Counted from the whole stretch's first letter, positions 39,901-53,639 are shown. The stretch: DNA of 59,429 bases, filler included, from Sluysia triapertura (GCA_046118255.1; 4 parts of 4 records of this genome joined end to end with filler, not necessarily neighbours in it); one strand, 5' to 3'. The notes: generated from the letters alone by a model not told the origin. Numbers and translations: made by a program.

Positions 39901-42079
39901 TAAAAAAGTATAAATACCAATTAAAGAAAATATCAAATATTCGAAAATTTATTAATAAAGACGGGATAAAACTAATATTCATTCATTGATAATTAGTAAT
40001 ATAGATTTTAATAATGATATATTCTACTCAATTTCATACAGAATAATCTAAACATAGCAATTACTATTGAATCAAACATCAAAATAATTTTACAAGCAGA
40101 TCTCACGTACACTTTACATTGATGAATTATACTAGTTATCAATAAAATCAAGAGTAGAATTCAAATTCGTGTCAAAAATATATAAATGCTTACATTATGG
40201 AAGTCTTGACCATTTCTTAGAAATAATAAAATGAAGAAACCTGTTGTAAAAAAAACTGTTACTTATTATGTTCAAGTTATGCAGCACGTTTCATGTAACA
40301 ACCAACCTCTGATGAACATAAAGACTTTGATTACCACAATTAATTCGATAAAGCAAGAATGTGGTGAATTATTAAAGAAAAGTGAATGATTAAATCTAAA
40401 TATAATGCATTTAACTGATTATAATGCGTGTAGAGACCACTGTTCGAATTACTAAACTTAGAAATTTTGATGCCGACACTATTTCAGCAACTCCTAGTCC
40501 AATTGTGTTGATGCTACATCGTAAGAATCTAATTAGAGAAATATTTTATTATATTCAACATTTAGCAATGGATGAGGCAGATAAAATGATAAGTTGTCAA
40601 TTAACCCTAAACAGCGATTAAGCTCTACGAATTCTACCATCCGAATAATGAGGAAAAAGATAAAAAGAATAATAAAGAGTTTTAGAAAATCACAAATAAT
40701 GAACTTTTCAGAATTAAGAAATACATATGATGCAGAAGATGTTTTTACGAATTTAAAATTTAATGAATTGAAAATCTTTTATTTCTATCATCATAGAATT
40801 GGCTTTAGTTCGTCAAGCTTTAAAATGTATTACAAAACGGCTCTTTGCCCATATGCAACAAATCAATATGGGAAATGCAAAAGATTTGGCCTAAATTGCA
40901 AATACTTCCTTGCAATTAATGAATTAGAAGAGTTTCATGTCGACCCAGCAGTCCGATCGGCACACTACAGTAGGATAACCCATTTATTCACAGATATAAG
41001 TACAAAAGCTGCCAAAACTACAGTCAACAGTCCTACAATTCAATGATCAGGCGTAAAATTTCTCAACAATGAAGTAATCATTCCTTATAATTACATTGAA
41101 GATCTTTTAGTTGTATGTTTTCATTTAGTTTGTGAAACCTGGTCCGGAGGAAGATATATACAGAAATTAAATTTTTTTAACGTTAACATTTTTAATTCTA
41201 GTATTATGAATAAATTTTTCGTTGTTTACAAATTGTTATTTCTTTTCAATAAACTTAAAATCTTATTACTTGTAATGATCATAACAAAATATAAATTTAA
41301 TTTACAATTTGCTAACAAAAAATTAAATTTTAATACAATAATTAAGTTTTTAATGACCCCAATTGTAATTAATAACATTTACAACATTAAAAACTTACAA
41401 TTATTATTATTTAATATTATTATATTATCATTTTAATTTGTCTCTTAGTTTTATAACTTCATTATGAAGGTTTCATTTTGATTTCGCTTAACTTTTTAAC
41501 TTTTTAAATTATTTTCATTATTTTTATTTTGTTGATTTTATTTTCTCATATTACTATTATTGCAATAGCACAATAGCATACAATAGCACACCGAAATGTT
41601 AAAATTAATATTTCAGCAGATGCTTCAAAAATTACAAAAATATGAAAAGAATAAATAATAAGTTGTACTAACAACTGGTGCATTGTATGAATATGATTTA
41701 ACAGGTGGATCTAAAACTTCAGTATCATTCGATATTTGGTCGACTTTCTTCACATATTTTTTATGACTAACTACAATATCATCATCAGTTCTTGATTTGC
41801 TTTGCTGAATACGTTCATCTGACGAAGAAGTTATATTGTTTTGATCAGTATGTTCATTACTACTACTACTACTAGTAGAAGAAAATGATGTAGAATCACT
41901 TGAATTTTTAATTGGTTTCAATTGAGTGAACGTGATTTCTTTTGAGTGAGACTTCAATACGTTTTGATTTAAATTATTATTACCACTGGAATCAGATTTC
42001 TGAACGGATATGTTATGCATCAATGGCAATTTTATATTAAATTCGATAATGTCACCAATTGATATTTGATTAAACATAA
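35516..42079 (-). CDS. RGS-domain protein, 5'-partial; exons 42079-41673, 38874-38353, 37088-36944, 36887-36799, 36095-35862, and a possible terminal exon 35545-35516
   Basis: The exons chain in compatible phases with GT-AG ends. An RGS-like box spans the 38353/37088 junction: EILNCFFLYFAIKNYE...MANEVITMFLHPNS|PIICNLDDALLSDVMNRLQNDDLVDTIFDDAKIAV (compare RGS E.L.FW...Y...A..I...FI...SP..INID...FD.AQ). The terminal exon and subfamily are uncertain. Confidence 0.7.
39830..40200 (+). mobile_element. Non-LTR retrotransposon (L2/CR1 group) ORF2 C-terminal remnant
   Basis: KVRNIGCYMDLKMNMEENINCIIKKYKYQLKKISNIRKFI...IISNIDF...LSIKSRVEFK...IYKCLH matches the L2-type RT thumb/C-terminus (VRNLGV.FD...HI...L..I..IR.Y...RLDY...LP..RI.FK..YK.LH). 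Confidence 0.8.
40424..41160 (+). pseudogene. Cassette ORF-H copy C: best-preserved DEAD motif plus CCCH finger, antisense in an RGS-gene intron
   Basis: DTISATPSPIVLML...IQHLAMDEADKMI (motifs Ib/Ic and II), then YYKTALC-PYATNQYGK-C-KRFGLN-C-KYFL with His lost. Downstream SAHYSRITHL and NEVIIPYNY match copy B ASHRNRLNDL and NKVIIVYKF. Confidence 0.75.
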
Positions 42080-42599
42080 CTAGATATATTTAATAAAATA
42101 AATTTTAAATGTAATTTGTAATCTCAAATAATGATGTAATATTTTCCTTTATAATATATATTTTTGTTTTATTTACGTGTTTATTAAATTTTTATTTTTA
42201 GCTCTACAAGCTGAAAAAATTATTTTTATTTATTCATTCAACAAAAATAATAACAATAATGAATTCCAACTGCAGAATTGATTTAATTCAATTAAAAATC
42301 AATATTCACATTAAATAAACATTTAAAGATTTTTAAAAATCTAGCGGTTAATATGAATGTTTCGATTAATAAAACATACAAGAGGTCGAAATGCGTGTAT
42401 TTATTTTATTACTGCTACAACTTGGAAATATGTATTCAAATAAAGTAAAATAAAAAATTAGCTTACTCGTTCTGAGAATTGTACGTGAACAAAATAAAAT
42501 ATAATCAGTTATGTGTTCATTAAAATTAAAATGTTTAAAACCCAAACAATCACTTCAAATTTGACACAAATTACTATTTAAACTTATGACAGTAGTAAT

Positions 42600-43110
42600 A
42601 AAAGTATATAATGTTGGACTAATAACAATATAGAATATGGTGGCCAACCTTTTCACTTAAAATTTAAAGTAATTTTTTATCACTAACATTTTACATTTAT
42701 TTTCTCAGATTTGCTAAAACCTTTCGACATTTAAAACACCTTAAATTCATAATCTTACAACATCAAAATTACATTTTCATCCAAACCATCAATGCACATT
42801 TCAAATTTCATTCAAAACAATCTTAACTCACAATTTTACAACATTCGAATCACAATCTACATCTTAAATTATCACAGAAAATGTTAAAAATTAACCCAAA
42901 ATATTTCAACTCTACAATCCTTTAATACTCAATCTTTTATATCATCGAAAAACATTAAATCCACAGTTTAATACTACTACAAACTTTGCAATCAAATCAT
43001 ATTTCTGTAACATTGTTATTCATGTGCTACTTACTTTAAACATTCTTTCAGTAATTCTATTTACATCCCATCTCTTTCACCATAAAATACAACCTCTTTC
43101 AAAGAATTTT
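42600..43110 (-). pseudogene. Cassette partner ORF-P copy E
   Basis: Nucleotide and peptide similarity to 9890-10050; lies head-to-head with 43668-44720. Confidence 0.6.
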
Positions 43111-43294
43111 AGTTATCTGTTAAAACTTTGTATGTTAGAAAAAGAAAAATAATGTAAAACAAAAGAAATAAGTTTATGCACTTTACTTTAATCTCAATTT
43201 TATTTGTATTATTATTTTTTTTCATGCTATCATTATTTTTTAATATATCATTATTACTATTATACGGTTAGTACCAAAAATTTTAATTTATTTT

Positions 43295-43570
43295 CTGTCA
43301 CCATTTTACTTTTCTGAATTATTAGCTTTTAAAACTGCATGGTGACAGGCATGCATCTGAAATATTACAGACACTTAATTGAATCACTTGACTCATTTCT
43401 CATTCGTCAATTAACTCTTACTCCTTTTTACAGCCACAATCGTTCTTTCATTAGATACTCAATCAGGGTTATTCCTCACAAACTGAGTCTATTTTAGTCT
43501 GATTGGACGCCCAATCAATATCATTTTTGTAAGTCTCATTATCTCTATAAATGGACGTCCAATCACGAGC
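43295..43570. promoter_or_regulatory. Candidate bidirectional promoter/spacer of cassette E
   Basis: Inverted pair TGTCACCA...TGGTGACA, TTCGTCAATTAA, palindromic TGATTGG-ACGC-CCAATCA (43500-43517) and a second TGGACGTCCAATCA. Confidence 0.45.
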
Positions 43571-43667
43571 CGTAAAAGAAAACAAAATTTAATTGGCAAT
43601 AAATAAAATAATGACAAGTTAAAAGATTATACAGATTAATACAATTTGTTAATAAATTTTAAAAATA

Positions 43668-44720
43668 ATGTCCTCACATATTGACGATGTTTATGCAGAA
43701 CAAATTCAATCAGTAAATAAAACTATAATTTCAGCTACAATAAAATTTCAAAAAAAGTTTATTGTATTTAAGACTTTAAAAGATATACGAGACTCATTAA
43801 TAACATTTCATACGAGTCAACCTTATATGTAGGAATACGAAAATAATTCAGATATTGTGGAATTCACTCTATACCGATTTTTAAATTCTAAATTAAACAA
43901 AAATATTCGTTATGCTTAAAGCATGATTGTGCACGATATGAATCATCAGCTCATTCATAAAATGAGATTATCGACTATTTATTCGAATACAAATCAGATG
44001 GAGTCCGTCCATGCAAAAAGTGATAAACTACAAAGCATCAATATTCTGAAAAACCACGTACAACATATTTTTTAATGAAGCTGATGTAAAATTTAAAGTT
44101 TTGTTAATAGATAGTCCTATGAATATTTGTAATTATTTAAATTATAAAGAAATCGTTGTTTTATCTAAATATAGACTATTTTATGAAATATTGTGGGTAA
44201 TTTCTATAAGGAAAGATAGTTACAAAAGTTTTGGAGAATTACCTATAAGAATGATACATACTGGTATTGGTAATGTTCTAACTATAAGTATGATCTTATA
44301 TAATTCTATGACAATAATTGATAAAATAATTCCCTACAATGTTTTTCCTCAATTAGAATCAATAGAATATAAAAAAGTATAGATGGATGTTTAAAGAACG
44401 ATCTATAGTATCTACAACTTTTGAAACTACGAATATTACTTCTTACCTTAATAAAGAATTTTTAGATAAATATAATTATACAAAAGATAAATTCATGACA
44501 GTGACCACTTTTCACTCTTATCCAAATTCATATTATGCTTATTTGTTTCATGATGATTCGACTTTCTAGATTTGTGGCAACCTATTATGATCCTTCAATA
44601 ATCACATCTCTAATCGACAGAAATACTATCTATTTCGGTCAGGACAATGTTGCAACGGGGAAGATCTTGCCAAAACTTCCATAATATTCAAGAAATATGT
44701 TGCGTTAATTATGACGGTCA
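43668..44720 (+). pseudogene. Cassette ORF-H copy E
   Basis: Chain of broken ORFs from ATG 43668, with VLLIDSPMNICNYLN (Ib/Ic-like). Ends in Q-KYYLFRSGQ-C, a frameshift, then LQRGRS-C-QNF-H-NIQEI, the same x9/x6/x3 spacing. Confidence 0.6.
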
Positions 44721-44973
44721 CGTAACACTCAAATTCTTAAATTTAAGTAATAGTAGTAGCTTAACTACTTACATTTATTATTCTACTCATCAAATTCATA
44801 GTAGTCATTTTCATCATATTCACCATCATCATCATCATGAAAAATATCATCTTCATCATTACATTTATTTCCTTCACAATCAATTTTATTATCTTCATCA
44901 CTTATTTGGTGATATCTTCGTCGTCATCGTATTAGTCATTGTAGACATGTATTCATAAACTTCATCATTACCG

Positions 44974-45045
<72 letters not shown>
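44974..45045. repeat. (CAT)n microsatellite
   Basis: About 24 units. Confidence 0.95.
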
Positions 45046-45046
<1 letters not shown>

Positions 45047-45568
45047 TAGAATGCCGAAGAAACTTCAAGAAATTCGAAATTTTTTAAAAACAATTATTGT
45101 AGCTTAAGGTGTTTATATGATTCTTTAATAATATTTTAATTGCATTACAAAAAAGCAAACAAATTAGCATACTATGACTTTCAAAGATTGTTTATTAATT
45201 ATAGAATTTTTTACTAAATAATATCTTTACTATTTTACTTAATTTTAAAAAAGGTATGATAAAATTATTCAATTTTTATGCTTTACATTACAAGTAATAA
45301 TTATTTTCAGTTAATATTTTAATTAATAATAAATGAAATTTAATACAATTTAGAATAATTTAATTATAAATTATTATTTGAAATTAAAACAATTATTAAA
45401 TTCAAATATTATATTTTGATAAATAATGGTAAATAATTTATCGAATATCAAAATAAAAATATTTTTCAAGAGGCAGTCAATTATTATTATGATAAAAATG
45501 TAATGTATTAAAAGTTTACTAAAATAATAATAAAAGTTTATTAAAATATAAGATAATAATATAATATA

Positions 45569-45614
<46 letters not shown>

Positions 45615-47736
45615 TCCACTAGACATCATTATGTGGTCAAATCATAAGTTAATATAATAAAAATATAGTAAATAGTAACATGGCTAAATCCAATATGCAG
45701 CTAAGTTAGGTATAATAAACTAATTTGTATATAAAATATGATAAGAATAGGTTTTACAATAAGTACAACTAGGTAAACACAGCGATTACTATGGCAATAA
45801 TAAAAATACTTGTGAGAAGTAGTATATAAAGGCACAATTAATTATTTAAGAAAGTATATTTGGTTTATATTGGACAAGTTATTGTGGCATTCAATATTCA
45901 AATATTTAATTCAAGTGCTTACACATTCGAAGTAACAAAATTGATATTTGTATTAATAAGATTAGTGAAATAAATAATGAACCAGTATTTAAATACTAAG
46001 CAAAATAATTAAAGGTAAGTTTTGTCCTAAAATCTTGAAGATAAATAGCATGAATCTATATTTGCTTGTTCTTTATTTTTACTCAGTTTCATTTTACTTG
46101 CATCCTTCAATCAGGAGAGATCGAATCCCGACATTTAATTATGTAAGAGGTAAACTTATTCATAATATTACGAATTTGTGATTGAAATATAAATTATGAC
46201 AAATACATAATTATATTAATAAACTATTATTATTAACAAATGTATATTAATAATCAGCCATAATAATGGTATGGAGCTCAATTTTAACATTGTTGTAGTA
46301 CGATAAAGAAAACTTACTAACTTATTATTTTTATTTTAAGAAAATTATTCTATTATTATTATAATGAAAACAAAATGTAAAATTATAAATATCAATAACG
46401 TGATTTAGAAGTAATCGTTTAAAAATTGCACAAAAAACACTAATTAAGCACAAAAGCACATAGGTATGAGAAACACAAAAATGCAAAAGGAGCAAAAGTA
46501 GAAGCAACATGTCAGTAAGTGATGATGAGCTTACTTCTCTGATCACAGACTAAAATGAGATTCTTTTTCTTAGTGTTAAATTATACATGGATTTAGCTGG
46601 ATTAATATACATCTTGATCATCAGAATCAGAAATTTTTCAAATATCGTAATTGTTGCAATGCAAGCAGTAGAGTGAGTAGACGAAATTAATATCAAAGAC
46701 CATAAAAGAAGTTATGAGTAATTGTGTCAATCGCAAAACATATGTAATTAAATATAATTAAAAGATATTGTGTAATAGATATTTTATGAAGTAATAAAAA
46801 AGCAGAAATAAAAAATTTGGAACACAAAACAAATAATAATATAAATTATCATGATGCATATGCAATACACAAATAATTATTAATTCTGAAAGTATTAAAA
46901 ATTCAACATAGACAATAAGAAACAGATTATTACTAAAAGATAATAGTTTATGACTAAAAATGCTAATTGTAATCTTTTCCTAAATAATTATTTAAACAAT
47001 CTTAGCGGTCATTACGAAAATTTTCTATCTATTTTTATAAATTTGAAAAAAATTATAACTAAAAAACAAGTTTTCCATAGCAAAGAGGATTTCAAATTAA
47101 ATCTATTATGCACATATAAAAATATATGTGTATATATGGCAATACAATGTCAATACTTATACTGTACAGGAATTATTAAACTTGAGCATGTGTGTGTTAA
47201 CGTCTTTCGATACCAAAATAATTTTTTAATAATATAATTATTTTTAAATTGATAAGCCAGTGTAAAAGAGATAGACGCGGACAAGCTTGACAATCTAATC
47301 TAAATTTTAAATAGAATCAAGTATTTGCAATTTATCGAAAGTTAGCCAAAGATTGAAGACTTGGTCTTATTCTTGAAAGAATCTGCTAATTAAACAAATA
47401 AATTTGATAATGGATCGTGCGGCATTTTCTGAAAAACGACCAATTTGAGTTATTCAGTAAAGTTGAAAGAGCCAACCACAACATTTTCTATTCAAAGACA
47501 AAATAGTGATACTTTGACTAAACCCGAAAGCTTGTAGATAGTGGGCAAAAGATCATGCGTTTTAATTTGAAAAATAGTTTCTTTTGAATAAATTCTTGCA
47601 TAAAAATCATTATTTTAAATCATTATCTTCACCTTAGCAATTTTTATTTTTATGTATAGTAAACAAAAAAATTGGCTAAAATCATTCTATTATAGATAGA
47701 GATCAGTAACAAATCCTAATTAACATCAAAAGAATA

Positions 47737-47836
47737 NNNNNNNNNNNNNNNNNNNNNNNNNNNNNNNNNNNNNNNNNNNNTTAATTAATTAANNNNNNNN
47801 NNNNNNNNNNNNNNNNNNNNNNNNNNNNNNNNNNNN
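47737..47836. other. Artificial assembly spacer, N44-TTAATTAATTAA-N44
   Basis: Same structure as 20506-20605. Confidence 0.97.
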
Positions 47837-50104
47837 AGTGTGTTTTATTTTGATATAATATTTGTTTGTGACGAGGTTTATGTGGTCGATGATGATAGTG
47901 AATGAAATATGTGTTGTATGTTGTAGTGTGACACCATAATTAGATTAAATGCCCTCGGCGCTTTAATCTTTAAAAATAATTGTTTTTATATTCTTTTATC
48001 TTACTACTATTATTATTTAGACTTTTATGTTTATAAATAAAATCAAGGTTTGTTTGCATTAATTAATTCCTAAAAGTTTAAGAATAAATTATTAAAGTTT
48101 TTTGATAAAAATATGCTCTTGAGCATTTGTAAAGACCCTATCTACATAACATTTAGATAAACTGTAGCTTACATAGTTAAAGAAACTCCATCTTCACGAC
48201 ATAAGACGTTTACTGTAACCGGATTCTGCTCAAAAAATATTTTGCCTTAGGTTAAGAGTTAGTAAAAAGTAGCGTAAATACTTAATTATTATTTTTCAAT
48301 TAAGCTACTGTTAAACTGATTTTGGGCAGACTCCTGCCAAAATTATTTTGTAGAAAAACAATTTTAACTAATTACTCACTTTTACTCACTTTAAAATAAA
48401 TAAAATAAAATTGATAATACCAAATAATAGAATTCCAAATAATAAAATCGATAACATAATCAATTAATTAATAATTGCACAAAATTACAATACACAATAA
48501 ATCATAATAATGTTGTACATAATGCTATATGTATTATGCATGCAAATAATCTTGAAGGTATATTATAAAAATTTTAGAAAATTAATTAAACACAATTATA
48601 AGTAACAGTTGCAACTAAATAAAGTAGGATTCTACGCTATATAAATTATGCATAACAAACATAAAACTTCACAAAAGTAATAAAAATAGGAAAACTATAT
48701 AATTATATAATAATTTTTGTTACGTAACGTAAACCTCTAATAGTAATGATGATTTTGGTTGTTAAATTATTTCTAATGAAAACTAAAGATATTTTAAGTA
48801 GAAATTGCGTCTTAATAAACTATGACAGATAATGTGACTAAAAAACTTACAAAATCTTTTATTTAATAATTGAAAAACTCGAAAAGATGTTTTAAATTAC
48901 CAATAATTCGAATCACATATTAGAAGTCAAGTATCCAATTAAAATCACGTACCCATAAAATTGTATACCAATTAGAATCACGAACAAAATTATAATTTAC
49001 GATTGCGTACCAAATGGTAGTAATAACGAGAAGTTTTTAAAAAACTTGTCAAGATTACTGTGTGATTGCTTTTTTATATCAACTCCAAATTCAGACGTTG
49101 TTAGCTTTAATTTATTTTAGGTAAGTTTTATTTATTTTTCTAAGACAATTTACAATTTATTACTACTACTTAGTTTTTATAATTTCAGATCTAAAGTGAA
49201 CAGCCTGATTCTGTACGAATACTAATCTCATTACATATGGAGTTATACGAGCTTTAATGAGTGGTATCTGGGCACAGTGCACTTAATAACTTTTTTATTT
49301 TTGAGAGGCCCCAATTATTCATTTAAATTGTAAATTTATCAATTATGATTTTGTTTTATAGTGTAAAATTAATTTTTTGGAAATTATTGCTAGTTGCGTT
49401 ACACTTGGTTGTTAACGTGACTACAAAATATTAGCAATCTGTTCACTTGGTTGTTATGATATAATTATTTAACTTGTAATCTAATATTTGTAGTTGTAAT
49501 ATCTATTGTAAATATTTAATTTCATTTTTTTATAATTACTTGTGTTGAAATATATTTCTTACATTAATTTCATCAGTGTTGTTTGTAACAATATACATAA
49601 AATTATAGTTATGAATAAGTTTATTTAGAATACATAATTGGAATTACAAAATAGCGAATTACATAATAGCAAGAAGTTTAAAGTTAATTTATCAAAAGAC
49701 TCAGCACTATTTTATTTTATTATGTTTATTTTGATGCATCACAATTTAAATTCGCGTATTTTTTATTATTTTATTATCATATTTCAGTTTATTATTATTA
49801 TTTTATTATGTTATTGCAGCACTATTATTATGATTATTATGTATGTATGTATGTGTTATTATTATGATTATTATTATTATTGTAATTGTTTAAATATTAA
49901 AAAATAATAAAACTATTAAATGTGCTATCAATATATATTACTTATTACTATTTGAATCACTAAAATGAACATAGACTGCGCGATCATATTATTAAAATAA
50001 TAATATTTAATTTTTATTCAATATTTTATTAAAATAATAATATTTATTTAATAAAATCAAAATTGTTTTATTAAAAAACATTTCATTTAATATTTAAAAC
50101 CTAG

Positions 50105-50235
50105 NNNNNNNNNNNNNNNNNNNNNNNNNNNNNNNNNNNNNNNNNNNNNNNNNNNNNNNNNNNNNNNNNNNNNNNNNNNNNNNNNNNNNNNNNNNNNNNN
50201 NNNNNNNNNNNNNNNNNNNNNNNNNNNNNNNNNNN
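50105..50235. other. Scaffold gap, 131 N
   Basis: N run without the linker; interrupts copy 1 of the direct duplication. Confidence 0.97.
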
Positions 50236-51010
50236 NGCAATATTAAATCATTAAAATATGTAGTAGATTATATTATTGATTTAAATTTTTTACTGTATAT
50301 GGAACTGATTAATTTAATTTTTAGTATGGAACTGATTAGTTATAATTTTGAATTGGATTAATTTAATTCATTTTATTTTACTGATTAATATGTGATAATA
50401 TTAATATTGGATTGTATTACGGAATTACTATAAAAGTAAGGTAATTTTATTCAGCATTCATAATTTTTTAAAAATTTATGAAAAGCTATATTTTGACAAT
50501 AATATTTGAAAGAACAATTTCAATTGAACGATTTGTATCCAGATTTTAATCGTAAGTAATCTCCATTGATTTTCATAAATTTAACTTTAAAATTTCATAT
50601 TTATATTCTTTCTAAATAAAATTAGTTGTTTATTATCTTATTTTAATTAACTTGAGAGTGGTACCACTTAGAAAACGATTTTGTAAAATATTAAAGTTGA
50701 GCATTGATTAGGGTATAACCGTATAACTATTATTAATAGATTATTAAGCACTTCTATCCTGAACAGCAAGGACGAGTATACTGATTCATACTTCCAGTTA
50801 AGTTTAATAAAAGTGATAATACTAACTGAAGTTTAGAATAACTTTAAATTTTATAAAGAGATTTGAATTAATAATATAGGGTAAGGACTTTTTATAGTAT
50901 AAAATAGTATCCAGACATATTCAAATTTGATATAGATTTAAAGCAAAGAGATAACTCATAAGATTTTAAAGACATAGAAGTCAAGACAAATTTTTACATT
51001 AACAAATTAA
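50236..51010. repeat. Direct duplication, copy 1; the other copy is about 53841-54580
   Basis: Long shared strings such as ttaacttgagagtggtaccact and aagcacttctatcctgaacagcaaggacgagtatactgattcatac. Similarity also extends left of the gap (about 50020-50100 vs 53640-53720). Confidence 0.9.
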
Positions 51011-51539
51011 TAAAAAATTTATTACATTATTATTATTATTATTACCATTATTTATAATATTTAGAACTTTTTTTAATCCGAATGGTTTTAATCATTATTT
51101 TTAAGTTTAAGAAGTCGTACTACATTTACGATTGATATAGACAAAAAATTGATGTTATGAATCGTACTGATATAAGGTTCGTGACAGTTTGTAAGTAACG
51201 GTGATAACATTACTAATAAAATTTTTCTAATAAACTTATTATTTCTTTTAAATAATTTAACTTAATAATAATTATGTTATGTATTTTAAATAATTTAACT
51301 TAATCCTTCAATAATTCCAAATTCAAAACTCAGATTCAGCCGTAATTAAATTTTCCATATCATAATTAATGCAACTAAAATTGTAACATCCAAATTAAAT
51401 CAGTGTAATCAATGTAAAACAAAGAATAACCTGTTATTTTATATTAATATGAATTCGAAATTGATACTCAGCTTTCTTGGTTCACGATCCCAATAATTTT
51501 ATTGTGAAATTAGAAGTAAAAAACTCTTTTATACTACAA

Positions 51540-52430
51540 TCTTAATTACATTTATATCTGCGATCTATAATTAACAAGTATCATACAATTTACAAGCACT
51601 CACTTTCTTTGTCAGCACAAAAATGACACTCATAGTCAATCCAACTTAGATTAAACCTGACAAGTCTTTTCAAGTTTCATATATTATAATAATGATTGAT
51701 TTGATTAATTAATTTTATATTACAATTTCTTTCACATTTTTCCATAAACAAATCTCACTTTAAAACATTATTTTGTAATAATGTATTTCCTCATGTGATG
51801 ATCAGAATAATTTTTAATATGATTTTCTCTAATTTTAACTAATAACATATAAAAAATCATTTTGCAAGAAAGCATTGTTAGGTTTAGAATTCTTTTGTCA
51901 TCAAGGATTCACCATACATTTGTTTCTAGTTTATCCGATTATCCAATGATCCGTAGTTCCTTGTTAACAATTACTTACTATGGAGGGTTTCATAAATTTT
52001 TATTAAATTATTTGCATTAATTGTTATTGAAATACCGAATTTTAGTTTAACTTTATTCATTAACGAAAAAAACATCGATTAACGCATACAGAGGCTTAAG
52101 GCCCTTCAAAACAAAAATAAATTCAGTAAACGATGAGCTAAACAAACAACATAACAATTTTATATTAACAAAAAATGTTTGAGTAATAAAAAGTCAAATG
52201 TTATTGAAAAAGGTAATATATATATAGGAAATTTATTCTGATATTCTGTACATGCAAACATAATACTAATACTAGAAAGCTCTTAAGCATAGTTTGATGA
52301 ATATATTCCTCAGTATACTTGCGTCGTGATACATAACAGTTACTATTGTTACTGCCAAGCCATGACGTTGAATATCTTTAATACAGCTCTTAACATCTAA
52401 ATCGCCGGTTTTGGTAGACTGGTGGTAGAA
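51540..52430 (-). pseudogene. Possible cassette ORF-H copy G
   Basis: VKSCIKDIQRHGLAV (compare copy B LICQRIESLGLAK) near 52360-52400. C-HFCADKESE-C-L, a frameshift, then KLYDT-C at about 51555-51630. Confidence 0.4.
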
Positions 52431-52852
52431 GCAAAAAGTTTATCTATTTATTAAAATGGTGTGAAATTTTGATTAAAAAATGATGTTGTTTAGGAGTTGT
52501 TTCATTTTATGTATAAAAATGCATGCGTCTTCAAATTCCGTAAAAATGCCGGCGCCTTAAGCGCTAATGGAAACATGGTTATTAACTTTTGATTCAACAT
52601 CACTCTTTGGAAAATAACTTTTGACATTAAAAATTATTTAATTTCAAAAATCTATGTAAAGCATTTTTTATAAGCTAAAATTTGAAAAATTGTGCATAAT
52701 CGCCAGAAAAAATATTTTTAAAACAAGACTATAATAATGATAGAGAAAAAATAAAATGACGATTATTATTACATTATTTTTATTATTATTATTTTATTAT
52801 AATTAATGTCAATATTATTAATATATCTTAGTATTAATTTTATTACATATAA

Positions 52853-53265
52853 CAGGGTGAGTCAGAAGTAACCGGGAAGTCAAAAAACGACACAAGTTAT
52901 AAAAATCTAACTTATTATTACACATTAAAATTATGTACATAATCTAACGGAGTAAATGTTCAAAATGTTGGCCGCCTTCTTCAATGCATTTTGCTGTTCC
53001 TCTAACGACAGAATAGTAAACACTTCAGCATAAGTCTTCACTAATTTCTATGTAATAACTCGGCTTTTTGGCGTGCACTGAATTCTTTAAATCAGGAGTA
53101 TTCCCATGCATTCAGATCATTTAAATGGATTATTTGTAAGATGTGTTGACGTGACCTTCTTAGTGAGTTTACATCAACAAATCAACCGACTCATTGATAT
53201 AAACGCATTTCTGTACACGCGGATCACGAATACCATGACTGCCAGGTTACTTCTGACTCACCCCG
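52853..53265 (-). mobile_element. Internally deleted Tc1/mariner-superfamily element (maT/DD37D-like) with TIRs
   Basis: TIRs CAGGGTGAGTCAGAAGTAACC (from 52853) and GGTTACTTCTGACTCACCCCG (to 53265), with TA on the right flank and AA on the left. The minus strand keeps the transposase C-terminus KCIEEGGQHFEHLL. Confidence 0.88.
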
Positions 53266-53639
53266 TATTGTAGAAGTGTTAAATATTGATATTGAATATT
53301 GATAAGGGAAACTAGTTGTAGAAAATGTGTTTAAGGCTTGTTGTAAAGGTTTGTAGTAAATATCATTATCTAATAGTAATAATTAAAATTTATAAAAGTT
53401 AAGTTTAATATTTAATTTTACTATAAAGAGGCTTATTGTTGGTACGAAATGTATAAGTGTGAAGATGAAGGAAAGATGAACATTTATTTATGATTTTTGT
53501 ATAAATGGTTGAAAATTATAATGCTGTGTTTGAAATGATGAGTTTTGAATTACCATACAGCAAAACAGATTCATGAATTTGGAGAGTGTTGGCCGTGTAA
53601 CTTAATATTCATAATATTTTCATTAATATTCATGATATT

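Noticed and set aside
44760-45045. His-rich (+) or Asp-rich (-) protein
   Set aside because: Explained by the (CAT)n microsatellite and its degenerate flank; only the 5' part of ORF 44647 carries signal (the finger).
45374-45619. Hydrophobic poly-Leu/Ile ORFs (also 6580-6819, 41206-41436, 49638-49907)
   Set aside because: Expected from (TAT)n and AT-rich low-complexity sequence; no motifs or splice support.
48085-48250. PDZ-like upstream exons of the RGS gene
   Set aside because: The frame hits a stop without a donor site and lies across an artificial spacer from the gene.
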